This document shows positions 17,267-26,903 of a DNA stretch of 47,520 bases, in pieces; the stretch's first letter is position 1, and every line of letters starts with the position of its first letter. The translations under genes and the position numbers were made by a program. The stretch is from a bacterium (GTDB lineage: Bacteria; Margulisbacteria; WOR-1; O2-12-FULL-45-9; XYB2-FULL-48-7). The stretch spans positions 1 to 47,520 of the forward strand of contig JBDRLW010000020.1 of assembly GCA_043812655.1 (NCBI GenBank). The letters are read 5' to 3'. A model generated the notes under the pieces. The model was not told where the DNA came from and did not search any database. It saw only the letters and a program-made list of their open reading frames with translations.

Positions 17267-18697
17267 ATGGTAAGAGTCCGTTTTGCCCCATCACCGACCG
17301 GCGCCCTTCATATTGGAGGAGCCAGAACCGCTTTATTTAATTGGCTTTTTGCCCGCCATCATAAGGGTAAATTCATCCTGCGGATCGAAGACACCGATCG
17401 GGAACGCTCGACCCTTGAAGCGAACAAGGCCATTTTTGAAGGCCTCGAATGGTTAGGGCTTGATTGGGATGAAGGGCCAAAAGTCAATGGCTCACATGGC
17501 CCCTACTTTCAAACGGAGCGGCTTGATATCCACAAAAAATATGCCGATCAACTGGTTGACGAAGGGAAAGCTTATTGCTGTTTTTGTTCTGCCGCCGAAC
17601 TCGCGGAAAGAAGAAAAGCGGCCGAAGCCAGGAAAGAAGCTCCAAGATATGATAATACCTGCCGTAAATTAACCAAAGAAGAAGTCAATAAAAAACTTGC
17701 CGCTGGAGAACCCTATGTCATTAGGTTTAGGCTTCCTTCCGCCGGCGAAACGGTGGTTGATGACCTGATCCGCGGCCGCGTTACTTTTAAAAATGAGGTT
17801 TTGGACGACTTTGTGATCATGAAATCCGACGGTTTCCCAACTTATAATTTCGCCTGCGTCGTCGACGACCATTTAATGGAGATCACCCACGTCATTAGAG
17901 GCGACGACCACCTGTCCAATACTCCCCGACAGATCCTGATGTATCAGGCGTTTGGCTGGCAGCTCCCTAAATTCGCCCATATCCCCATGATCTTGGGCAA
18001 AGATAAAGCTAGGTTATCAAAACGCCACGGCGCCACTTCGGTCATCGATTACAGCGCGATCGGCTATCTGCCGGAAGCGATGATCAATTATATCGCCCGG
18101 CTCGGTTGGGGACATGGTGACGACGAGGTTATTTCGAGGCAAGAGTTAATTGAGAAGTTCTCTCTCGGCGGCGTCAGTAAAAACCCGGCTATTTTTGATA
18201 TGGACAAACTTAATTGGCTCAACGGCCAATATATTCGGAAGATCCTGCCAGAACGGCTGGTCGATCTTTGCGAGCCGCTGTTGATCGAGGCTTACGGCAA
18301 ACACGGCTTCCCTTATATCAGTAAAGTTGTTCTGGCTTTCCATGATCGTTTGGTCTTGATCCCTGACATCATCAAGCTCTCAACCTATTTTTTTAAGGAT
18401 GATTTTGAATATGATCAAAAAGCAGTCGAAAAACATTTTAAAACCGAAACCGCCAAGCCGGTTCTCGAAGCGTTAAAAACTAGGCTAGCCGCGGTTGAAC
18501 CTTTCACCAAGGAAAACATCGAACCAGTTTTCAAATCCCTGGCTACCGAAATGAACGTTAAGCTCGGCGTCGTCATCCACCCCTGCCGCCTCGCCCTCTC
18601 CGGCCGCTCCGAAACTCCGCCCATGTACGATGTGGTGGAGATATTGGGGAAAGAGAAGGTTGTTGAAAGATTGGATAGGGCTTTAAAGGCTTTGTAG
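17267..18697 (+). CDS. gltX: Glutamate--tRNA ligase
   Basis: RFAPSPTG.LHIGG (HIGH), RIEDTD, RLSKR (KMSKS equivalent). Confidence 0.97.
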   Translation: MVRVRFAPSPTGALHIGGARTALFNWLFARHHKGKFILRIEDTDRERSTLEANKAIFEGLEWLGLDWDEGPKVNGSHGPYFQTERLDIHKKYADQLVDEGKAYCCFCSAAELAERRKAAEARKEAPRYDNTCRKLTKEEVNKKLAAGEPYVIRFRLPSAGETVVDDLIRGRVTFKNEVLDDFVIMKSDGFPTYNFACVVDDHLMEITHVIRGDDHLSNTPRQILMYQAFGWQLPKFAHIPMILGKDKARLSKRHGATSVIDYSAIGYLPEAMINYIARLGWGHGDDEVISRQELIEKFSLGGVSKNPAIFDMDKLNWLNGQYIRKILPERLVDLCEPLLIEAYGKHGFPYISKVVLAFHDRLVLIPDIIKLSTYFFKDDFEYDQKAVEKHFKTETAKPVLEALKTRLAAVEPFTKENIEPVFKSLATEMNVKLGVVIHPCRLALSGRSETPPMYDVVEILGKEKVVERLDRALKAL

Positions 18698-18703
18698 TTT
18701 CAG

Positions 18704-18801
18704 AGGAACCTGCGACCTGCCTGCCGGCAGGCAAGGCTGAAAGTCGCGGTTCCTATTTCCCTCAATTGCGAGGAAACCGCGAATTTCATTCGCTGGTTTC
18801 C
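18704..18801. repeat. Inverted doublet of palindromic family B elements with nested family C element; probable terminator function
   Basis: AGGAACCTGCGA[CCTGCCTGCCGGCAGGCAAGG]CTGAAAGTCGCGGTTCCT and GGAAACCGCGAATTTCATTCGCTGGTTTCC between convergent gltX and lnt. Confidence 0.8.
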
Positions 18802-18829
18802 GAGCACAAAGTCATTAGTTTAGTCATTA

Positions 18830-20281
18830 TTAATTGTAAATTAAAACCTGACGTTTACCCAAAGTCGATCGTCTTAACACCCGCCCATAAGGATCGATCA
18901 CCCCGGAAATGCCGGTATTACCGACCTGGATAAAATATTTGCGGTTTTCGATCGCCCGAAAGATCCCGTGGTTAAAGTGGAAATAAGGGGCGGAAGAACT
19001 GCCAAACCAGCCATCATTGGTCACCGTTAAAATAAAATCGGTCTTCTCCCCTACCCTGGCCTTGATCGTATCAGGAAAAGTCGATTCAAAACAGATCGCC
19101 GCCGCGATCTGATAGTTGCCGGCAATAACCGGCGAAATATTACCATTAACGTCAAATCCCTGGTCAAAAAAGCCGGTCCCTTTTAAGAATGGATAAAGGA
19201 GCGGTTTAAAAGGGAGGTACTCGCCAAATGGGACGAGCCGCTGCTTATCATAACGAGAAACAACTTCGCCCGATGGCGAGATAGAGACCAAAGAATTATA
19301 CGCGTTGCCGTCAACAGTATAATGCGGCGTCCCGATGATCAGCCAAGCTTCGCTTTCTTTGGCCAAACTTTGGATCCTTGGCAGTAAAGCTGGATCTCTT
19401 AGCAAATAAGAAAAGATCGCCGTCTCCGGCCAAATAATAATCGCCGGCTGTTCTTTCGTCGCCTGGCGCGTTAATTCTTCGTGGATATTAAATATTTCAT
19501 TCACTTTTCTTGGATCCATCTTATCCATCTGGTCGATATTGGGCTGGATCAAGGCAAGCTTGGGGAAATGACTAATGACTAATGACGAATGACGAATGGT
19601 GGTATCCCCATAGGCTATCACTATCGTGATTAATAAAATAACAATAAATAAAGTTCTTACCCCCCCTCTCCCTTTGGGAGAGGGGCCGGGGGTGAGGGCT
19701 GCATTCACCATCACAACAATAAAACTAACCCCATAAACAGTCGTAAATGAAGCTATCTGGATCAAAGGGAGAAAAGAGGCTTGCGTGTAACCGACCACTC
19801 CCGACGGCAGGCCAAAGGGACCCCAAGCGCGGAGAATTTCGGTGATGGTCCAGAGCGTGGGCAAAACCAAAAAGTTTGTTAGCCTGTTAGTTTGTTTATT
19901 GGAAAAAAGGGCATAGAAAATAGAGAATAGGGAAATAAAGATGGACTGGAAAACAGTTAAACAAACCCAGCCAACAACCGCCCACCAGCCGACGAAGCGG
20001 AAAAGAGTTGTTATCCAAAACAGGTTGATACTAAAAAAAGTTACTCCAAAAACAAAGCCGCACCACCCTGCCTGCTTCCAACCTTTTACTTTATATAAAA
20101 AATAAAAGAAGGGGACTAAGGCTATCCAAGCTAGCCACCAAAGATTAAAGTTTGGATAAGCCAGGGCTAAGAGTAAACCCGACAAGGTCGATCCTAAAAT
20201 GTAACTACGGCTTATGGCCCTATCTGCCGGCAGGCCAGTCGCAGGGCCCCTAAATTGACTTATTGTATAGTAATTGAACAT
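18830..20281 (-). CDS. lnt: Apolipoprotein N-acyltransferase
   Basis: WPETA (E), YDKQRLVPFGEY (K), ICFES (C) catalytic triad, TNDGWFG, RAIENR; multiple TMs. Confidence 0.95.
   Translation of the reverse strand: MFNYYTISQFRGPATGLPADRAISRSYILGSTLSGLLLALAYPNFNLWWLAWIALVPFFYFLYKVKGWKQAGWCGFVFGVTFFSINLFWITTLFRFVGWWAVVGWVCLTVFQSIFISLFSIFYALFSNKQTNRLTNFLVLPTLWTITEILRAWGPFGLPSGVVGYTQASFLPLIQIASFTTVYGVSFIVVMVNAALTPGPSPKGRGGVRTLFIVILLITIVIAYGDTTIRHSSLVISHFPKLALIQPNIDQMDKMDPRKVNEIFNIHEELTRQATKEQPAIIIWPETAIFSYLLRDPALLPRIQSLAKESEAWLIIGTPHYTVDGNAYNSLVSISPSGEVVSRYDKQRLVPFGEYLPFKPLLYPFLKGTGFFDQGFDVNGNISPVIAGNYQIAAAICFESTFPDTIKARVGEKTDFILTVTNDGWFGSSSAPYFHFNHGIFRAIENRKYFIQVGNTGISGVIDPYGRVLRRSTLGKRQVLIYN
19660..19699. 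repeat. Family A palindromic element in frame inside lnt
   Basis: CCCCCCCTCTCCCTTTGGGAGAGGGGCCGGGGGTGAGGGC, read as ALTPGPSPKGRGG. Confidence 0.85.
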
Positions 20282-21000
20282 TTTATAATATCAAGCGCCG
20301 GGGGCAAGGCTGGACTGCTTTCATCGTCGATCGATTTATTGGAACCCGAAACTTTTGAGATATAAGCATCAGTGGTGTTGATGTGGTCCATTGGCAGCCT
20401 GGCTGTCGCGGTTGGCCAATCAACGGTTACCACGTCAAAGTAGATCTTATCGGGGATATTATTGCCGAATATTTTTTCCAAAGCAAAGGAGAATTTCACG
20501 GTATTGCTTAAAGTCGTGATCACGCCCAGCGACTCCCTGGTCGCAGCCACACCCTGGACGAACGGGCCGGCAACCGTAAAATATCCGGCCGGTTCAGCCA
20601 AACAATAGCCGCTCCAGGTTGAAAAATAGTTGGTGTAATAATCAGCCTCCACTCCATTGCGCGGTGTCGTCCCCGGCTCGATCATTTCGTCCTGGTTCGG
20701 GTTATCGGGCGGCGGCAGAGGCAGCTTAAAGGTTGGAACACCAGCCAAAACCAAAAAATAACGGCTCGCATTAACTTCCATCGTCCCCGCCAGCGTGATC
20801 TCCACTTCCATCTGGCTGCCGTAATTGACATACTGCGTCACTTGCCTGGCACAACCGGCAGGAAGAAATCCAAACATCATACTTCCAACAACAAAACAAA
20901 ATAAAAAAGCTAAATCAAAAATACCAAGTAGTTTTGAATTTATTTTTTTATTATTCATGTTTGTTTGGATTTTTGAAGTTTGAAGTTTGGAGTTTCTCAT
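20260..21000 (-). CDS. Hypothetical lipoprotein
   Basis: Hydrophobic stretch and LPAGC lipobox; in operon with lptD-like and lnt; exact start uncertain. Confidence 0.7.
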   Translation of the reverse strand: MRNSKLQTSKIQTNMNNKKINSKLLGIFDLAFLFCFVVGSMMFGFLPAGCARQVTQYVNYGSQMEVEITLAGTMEVNASRYFLVLAGVPTFKLPLPPPDNPNQDEMIEPGTTPRNGVEADYYTNYFSTWSGYCLAEPAGYFTVAGPFVQGVAATRESLGVITTLSNTVKFSFALEKIFGNNIPDKIYFDVVTVDWPTATARLPMDHINTTDAYISKVSGSNKSIDDESSPALPPALDIIKCSITIQ

Positions 21001-21002
21001 TT

Positions 21003-23282
21003 TTAGTGTCTGGTCACCTGCCCTGCTGGATTTATTTGCTGCAGCCCTCGTTCGATCCCATCGTACGAAAATCCTCGACTGGAGTCAAAACTAACCGGCT
21101 CGCCCGGAATCGCCTTCAAGCTAAAGGTCACACTCATATTTTTAGTGTAATCAGAATAGGCCAGGCGCATCTCAAAACAGTGTAGATCTTTGGTCATCAT
21201 TATATCACGCACTTTAAACTGCCGGCTGACCGGGTCATAGGACTGGCTGATCCTTAAATAAAGCTGGTTGACCGCCCCTTCTAAAAGGTAAATATCATAT
21301 AAAGCGCTGGCTGAATTGAGCTGGCCGAGATTCATGTTCTGGTTAAAAGCCAGAGTCAGCGCGAAACAGCTGGCCGGAGCGAACCGGGCGGAAGAGATCA
21401 GGTCCTTATACTGCCGATTCTCAATGTCCCAACCGGTATCAAGGCCATAAGAGAGCTTTTCATTTGGCGCCGCCCGCAGGTGCGTCATTACGTCGTACCA
21501 TTTATATGTCTGCCAATTGTAGCCGCTGTCAAACGACCAATTGAATTGGTTCTGGAAATAAAAGGTCAGTTTCTCGGAAATATCGTGGTAGCGGGTCCCC
21601 AGCTGGTCAAAAAAGAACGGCGTATTGCCAGACGTATAGCCGTGGCGGAAGTTGATCTCGTTGCGGATACAGGGCGAAACATTGGTAAAAAGCCCCGCGC
21701 TCTCCCGCAAAGCGTAAAGTTGGTCGCCCGGAGTATATAGAAATTGGTCTATTCCCGCTCCCAGCGTTAAGGTACTAAGGCCCAGCGTGATCGCTTTGTC
21801 GGCGTTTAAAGTTGTTTTAAAGCGGCTAGCGGTAAAATCACGATAATTGGTCAGGAGCGGGACGCTTTTTACTTCCCGATAGGTGCCAACGCCAAAGCTG
21901 GGAGAGAGCCTAAAATAATTGAGGTCGAGCGCCTGCGGGAATATTTCGATCTCCGGTTGTTTCTCCAAGAATTCATAACGTGGTATCCCTGGCGATAAAT
22001 TTTGCCGCAGGTCAATGAACCAATTCTGATAATAGCGCCAGGAAAAGTTTTGTTCCCTGCCGGCAAATTCAATTTGCGGTTCGATCTTTTCTTCTCCGGG
22101 GTCTCCCGGCCCGGTCGAGTTATGGTTGTAATTAGTCGCCGTGCTAAATGTCAGCCGGTCGGAAATTAGCGGGGTGCGAAAAGTAAAACGCTGGCTCTTG
22201 CGCAGCCACTGCGGCGCCGCTTTGCCAAATTCATAATTATAATTATAACTAAGGCTTTCACTCCCCGAAGCTTGGTTAAAACCCAGGGCGAATTTCTGGT
22301 ATTGGCTAGCCCGATCGTCAAAAGAATTAAGGTCAAGCCCCCAATTGCCTTTATTGGCGTAACTTAAGTTCAACCCCAGCTCGGTCTGGTCGATACGACC
22401 GCCCGGCAGGCGGTAGGTAGAGATATATTCCTGCTTTAGCTTTAAAGTCGTCCACTGGTTAAGTTTTTTTTCGTGTTTGATCTTTTCCACCCAGTCAGCC
22501 AGGCCGGTATCTTTTTCATCGACGTAATAAAGAGTTAATTCACCGTTGCCATATTTCCCCAGACCATAACCCCGCTGTATCCCGTAACCCCAGCCCTTTT
22601 TAGACATATAATCAAGCAAGACAAGCCCCATCGGTAAAGCCCAAGAGCTTTTTAAATAATCACCCTCAACATCGTTATGGCCAAACGTCCAATTCTGTTT
22701 TTGTTGTCCTTTTAAGTCGTAGAATAAATAAGGGAGCCACAGGACGGGGATCACGCCTTCATAAATGGTGACATTCCACCCTTCGACTTTATCTTTGGGG
22801 AAGAAAGCGATCTTATCGGCTAAAAGATAATAATGCGGTTGGTTTTTTTCACAGGTCGTGACCGTGCCCGGGCCTCCGGTCAGCTGCTTTTTCTTGTCGC
22901 TAAGCTTTTTGGCGGTAACATAGACTTTGCCTTTTACCGTAGCGGGTGAAAGCTCGGCCCCAAAATCGGCAAAGTCGGCCTCCTGGTTATTAGTGTTATA
23001 AACCAGGGTCTGGCCACTGGCATCATATTCTTGATTGATCAACCGGACATTCCCTTCGGCGGTCGCGATATTGGTCGCCTGGTCCATTTTCAGGCTGTCG
23101 GCCATGATCATGACCCCTTCGATCGTCACTTGAACCGAACCAGCTGCCTCTATCTGGCCGGTGTCTTCAATAAATCTTAATTTATCGGCTTTAATGTCGA
23201 CGGTAATATCATCCCGCAAGGCATTAACTTGAAAAGAAAGAACAAACATGAGTAAAAGGCAGGCAGAGCAAAACTTACTCAT
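21003..23282 (-). CDS. lptD: LPS-assembly protein LptD-like
   Basis: Signal peptide, OstA beta-jellyroll (A.G.V repeats), TTC...PHY motif, aromatic-rich beta-barrel. Confidence 0.78.
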   Translation of the reverse strand: MSKFCSACLLLMFVLSFQVNALRDDITVDIKADKLRFIEDTGQIEAAGSVQVTIEGVMIMADSLKMDQATNIATAEGNVRLINQEYDASGQTLVYNTNNQEADFADFGAELSPATVKGKVYVTAKKLSDKKKQLTGGPGTVTTCEKNQPHYYLLADKIAFFPKDKVEGWNVTIYEGVIPVLWLPYLFYDLKGQQKQNWTFGHNDVEGDYLKSSWALPMGLVLLDYMSKKGWGYGIQRGYGLGKYGNGELTLYYVDEKDTGLADWVEKIKHEKKLNQWTTLKLKQEYISTYRLPGGRIDQTELGLNLSYANKGNWGLDLNSFDDRASQYQKFALGFNQASGSESLSYNYNYEFGKAAPQWLRKSQRFTFRTPLISDRLTFSTATNYNHNSTGPGDPGEEKIEPQIEFAGREQNFSWRYYQNWFIDLRQNLSPGIPRYEFLEKQPEIEIFPQALDLNYFRLSPSFGVGTYREVKSVPLLTNYRDFTASRFKTTLNADKAITLGLSTLTLGAGIDQFLYTPGDQLYALRESAGLFTNVSPCIRNEINFRHGYTSGNTPFFFDQLGTRYHDISEKLTFYFQNQFNWSFDSGYNWQTYKWYDVMTHLRAAPNEKLSYGLDTGWDIENRQYKDLISSARFAPASCFALTLAFNQNMNLGQLNSASALYDIYLLEGAVNQLYLRISQSYDPVSRQFKVRDIMMTKDLHCFEMRLAYSDYTKNMSVTFSLKAIPGEPVSFDSSRGFSYDGIERGLQQINPAGQVTRH

Positions 23283-25615
23283 TAGGGAGTTTTATGAAGG
23301 AGCCTCTGGCGAGCCAGGTCAGAAAGGGGGTCAAAGTCGCCAACCTGGCGGTAAAGGGAGATGGCCTTGCTTACTTCTTTTTGCCAATAATAAACATCGC
23401 CCAAATTAAGGGCGGTCGCCGAAGCCTCGGGATCAAGCTCGTAACTCTTTTCTAAGACCTCCTGCGCCCGTTCAACCTTGCCAGCTAAAAATAAGGCTGC
23501 GCCTAAATTGTTCTGGTAAATACTTGAGCCAGGATTATTTTGGACGGCAGCCGCAAAACGGAGCCGTCCATCGTCGATCTTCCCTTCTTTAAGTAAGGCT
23601 ACTCCCAGGTTATTTAGCGCCGCGGCAAATTGCGAATCGAGCTGGACAGCCAAGCGAAACTCTTCTTCGGCTGCCGCCAGCATCCCTTTCATGAAAAATT
23701 CAAAGCCAGAAGTATTATGCTCCTGGCCAAAAGAGACGCTCACTTCTTCATTTGCCACCGAGCGGGCGGGCCTTGGCTCTTTCCCCCAGAGGGCAACGAT
23801 CTCCTGGCTGCCTGGCGCGGCTAGCACCGCTTGCAGCGGCAGGTCGCGCATGCTGATAATTGACGTCCCCTTTAACTGCTTGATCCGCTTTTTGAGCCCG
23901 CCAAAATCAAGGTCTTCCTGCATGATCGTCTCATATATTTTTATCGCTTTTTTTACTTCGCCCTGCGCTTCAAAAGTCGTACCCAGATTAAAACGGATTA
24001 TTTTTGAATGGAGGACATCAGCTTTCTCCAGCCCCAGGTTATATTGTTCAGCCGCCAGATCAAACCGCCCTTCACTCCGGAAAATATTACCCAGAAAATT
24101 ATACGCGGCCGCGGCCGTGATCGGGTTTTTTTGCGCCGCTTGCGCCTCCCTGATCGCTTTTTCCTTATCCCCCTTTTGCCAATAGAGCTTGGTCAAGACA
24201 AAATGGTCCTTTTCGCTGGCAATATCAAGCTCAAGCTCCTTCTCTTTAATGTTACGGTATTTCTCATGGACCCCAAGATTATGGGGCTCAATGACCAGTG
24301 CGGTTTTGATCGCTTGGGAAGCTTTACGCAAGACACCAAGATGGACATTAGCTTCGCCCTGCAAAAGATAAGCAGCGGTGAAATTTTTATCGCTGGCGAT
24401 CACTGATTCGGCGTGGGCGGCGGCCCGCTGGAATTCCCCTTTTGCCAAATACGCTTGACCAAGCACAACATGGGCCAAAAGGATCTTCGGCTTAGCTTTT
24501 AAGATCTCCCGGCATTTTTTGATCACCATGTCGGCACCCGAGGGATCAGCTTCGATCATCTTATGGAATTCAGTTAATGCTTCCTGATATTTATTCTGCG
24601 CCAAGAAAGCTTCTCCTAAATAGGCGCGGGCCAAGACTTGCTCCGGGCAGGCTTCGAGGACCGCGTTGTAGCCGGCTATGACCGGTTCGATCAAGTCTGG
24701 TTTCCCTTTAAGGAGCAACCGATAATTCTCCACGGCTTCGCTGTAATTCCCTTGCCGGGCCAAAGCTTCAGCTAAAGCGAGCGAAGCCGTTGGATGTCCC
24801 GGGTAATTCTTTAAGATATTCTTCAGCCGGCTGATCGCCTCTCCCAACATCGACTGTTCCAGTTTAATTAATTCGTTTAATTTTGCTACCGCCGCGTCGG
24901 GATTCAAGGTCTTCATATAAATATCGGATAAAATAAGACGGATGTTTAGGTTCCCCTCAACCCGGCGCAGCAGTTCCTCGAGCCTTTGGATAACTTCCCT
25001 TACCACTTCGGGATCTTCCGAGAACATCGCCGCGTATTTTTCCGCCGCCTGGTTATATTCTTCCAGCCTGGTATAAAGCTCGCCAAGTATGCGCAGGGTC
25101 TGTTTGTCGCCCGGTTTATGGTTCAAAAGTTCTTCATAAAAAGCGACCGCGTCTTTTAGCCGCCCTTTGCCTAAGTAAGCTCCGGCCAGCGTCTCGGTTA
25201 GTCGCACGTCTTTTACTTCAAAGGCGATCGCCTTTTCAAGCAGCGTAATAGCTTCATCAATTTTTTCTTGGTAAATATAGATCCGACCCAATATGTTATA
25301 ACCTTCCACATTTTTTGGGTCAACCTCGACCAACTCTTCTAGCTCGATCACCGCGCTCTCCGTATCATCGGCCTGCAAATAAAAGCCCGAAAGAGATAAC
25401 CTCGGCCCAACTTTTTCCGCCTCTTTAACTATCGCCCGTTCATAATCAAGCAATATTTCCGGCAGTAAATGAGGATTGGTCTCAACCGCTTGGACAAAAC
25501 AATTTTGCGCCTGCTTATAAGACCCTTCTTTGAGGTAATGTCTGGCCGCCACCCGCAGGGCTAAAGGATCATTTGGATCATCGCGCAATTTTTTTCTGGC
25601 TTCCGCTAATTCCAT
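23282..25615 (-). CDS. Tetratricopeptide repeat protein
   Basis: Many TPR-like repeats (AALNNLGVAL, YNFLGNIF, FNLGTTFE). Confidence 0.9.
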   Translation of the reverse strand: MELAEARKKLRDDPNDPLALRVAARHYLKEGSYKQAQNCFVQAVETNPHLLPEILLDYERAIVKEAEKVGPRLSLSGFYLQADDTESAVIELEELVEVDPKNVEGYNILGRIYIYQEKIDEAITLLEKAIAFEVKDVRLTETLAGAYLGKGRLKDAVAFYEELLNHKPGDKQTLRILGELYTRLEEYNQAAEKYAAMFSEDPEVVREVIQRLEELLRRVEGNLNIRLILSDIYMKTLNPDAAVAKLNELIKLEQSMLGEAISRLKNILKNYPGHPTASLALAEALARQGNYSEAVENYRLLLKGKPDLIEPVIAGYNAVLEACPEQVLARAYLGEAFLAQNKYQEALTEFHKMIEADPSGADMVIKKCREILKAKPKILLAHVVLGQAYLAKGEFQRAAAHAESVIASDKNFTAAYLLQGEANVHLGVLRKASQAIKTALVIEPHNLGVHEKYRNIKEKELELDIASEKDHFVLTKLYWQKGDKEKAIREAQAAQKNPITAAAAYNFLGNIFRSEGRFDLAAEQYNLGLEKADVLHSKIIRFNLGTTFEAQGEVKKAIKIYETIMQEDLDFGGLKKRIKQLKGTSIISMRDLPLQAVLAAPGSQEIVALWGKEPRPARSVANEEVSVSFGQEHNTSGFEFFMKGMLAAAEEEFRLAVQLDSQFAAALNNLGVALLKEGKIDDGRLRFAAAVQNNPGSSIYQNNLGAALFLAGKVERAQEVLEKSYELDPEASATALNLGDVYYWQKEVSKAISLYRQVGDFDPLSDLARQRLLHKTP

Positions 25616-25618
25616 CTT

Positions 25619-26695
25619 TTATCGATATTTCCCTTCAAAATAGATCATCACCGCCGCGATCATCATAAAAGTCAGTTGCGGCGTAAAAGCCGCGACCACC
25701 GGGGGGAGCATCCCGCCCCGCCCGAGCGACCGAAAGACCGAAGCAAAAACATAGAACGTGAACATCAGGACGATCGTCATCACTAGTCCCCAGGTCTGGC
25801 CTGACCGCGGGGACGAGAGCGAGAACGGGATCCCCACGAACGCGAAAACAAAACAAGTGAGCGGGACGGAATAGCGCATAAACAGCTCGGTTAAAAGGCT
25901 TTTGGTCTCCGCGCCGCCTTTGCCTAAACTGCCGATCATCTTGGTCAATTCTTTCGTATCCATATCAGTATAATTTTTTTGCTCGGTAAAAGCCAGCAGA
26001 TCTTCGGCCACATTTAATTTCATCTCTTTAAATTCCGCCTCATAATTAAGAAAGCCTTTTTCATCATACTTATGCGCCACCCCGTCTTTTAGTCCCCACA
26101 TTTTATCGGCAAAAGTCGCCGACGCAGCGGTGATCACCCTGGGATATTTTTCGTCGGTCAATTCATAGACCATGATGTTTTCCATCGTTTTATTTTTTAA
26201 GTTGACGTGGCGGACGTAATAATAGCGGTTGTTGGCGTCCTTAAAAAAGACATTATCCTTAACCTCCGGGAGTGGCTGGCGATAGATGATCTGGCGGATA
26301 ATATTGCTGGAAACATAATTGGCGTGAGGGACGATCTTTTCGTTAGTCACGAACGAGATCAGGCTGACAACCAGGCCGATCATGAGGATCGGCCTGGATA
26401 TCCGATAAATGCTGACGCCAGAGGTCCGAAGCGCGATCATCTCATTGTCTTTCGATAATCGGCCGAGCGCCATTGCGGTCCCGAACAATGTTGAGACCGG
26501 GAAGGTCATGACTAAAAGCGACGGTAATTTATAGACTAAAAGCTTGAGGACCGCCCAAAAAGGGATGCCTTTGTTGATGATCAGGTCCGCCATGGTAAAA
26601 AGCAAGTCGACCGTTAGGACCAAAATAAAACCAATAACCCCAACCAAAAATGGCCCAAGCATTTCCTTGGCAATATAGCGGTCCAGAGTCTTCAT
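25619..26695 (-). CDS. LptF/LptG (YjgP/YjgQ) family permease
   Basis: LDRYIAKE, GRLSKDNEMIALRTSGVS, 3+3 TM layout. Confidence 0.92.
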   Translation of the reverse strand: MKTLDRYIAKEMLGPFLVGVIGFILVLTVDLLFTMADLIINKGIPFWAVLKLLVYKLPSLLVMTFPVSTLFGTAMALGRLSKDNEMIALRTSGVSIYRISRPILMIGLVVSLISFVTNEKIVPHANYVSSNIIRQIIYRQPLPEVKDNVFFKDANNRYYYVRHVNLKNKTMENIMVYELTDEKYPRVITAASATFADKMWGLKDGVAHKYDEKGFLNYEAEFKEMKLNVAEDLLAFTEQKNYTDMDTKELTKMIGSLGKGGAETKSLLTELFMRYSVPLTCFVFAFVGIPFSLSSPRSGQTWGLVMTIVLMFTFYVFASVFRSLGRGGMLPPVVAAFTPQLTFMMIAAVMIYFEGKYR

Positions 26696-26889
26696 TATTC
26701 CGCTTCTTTTCTTCTCTTGATCTCTCGTCTCTTTGCTTGCTCCAGCTTTTTCCGCTTGCGTTGTGAAGGCTTTTCATAGAACTCGCGTTCTTTAAGTTCG
26801 TCTAAGATCCCCTCGTAGCGCAATTTGGTCTTAAATTTGCGAAGCGCCCTTTCCAGGTCTTCGCCTTTGCGAATTTCGATCTTTGGCAT
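26695..26889 (-). CDS. rpsU: 30S ribosomal protein S21
   Basis: GEDLERALRKFK, REFYEKPSQRK; GGAGG SD. Confidence 0.95.
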   Translation of the reverse strand: MPKIEIRKGEDLERALRKFKTKLRYEGILDELKEREFYEKPSQRKRKKLEQAKRREIKRRKEAE

Positions 26890-26903
26890 TTTTTCCCTCC
26901 TTC

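Noticed and set aside
16988..17267. Broken dcw cluster (rsmH-ftsL followed by gltX, not ftsI) as a novelty
   Set aside because: dcw fragmentation is common in Cyanobacteria-related lineages
23255..23270. Family C remnant (AGGCAGGCAG) in the lptD-like signal peptide
   Set aside because: Only a half-site; too short to distinguish from chance
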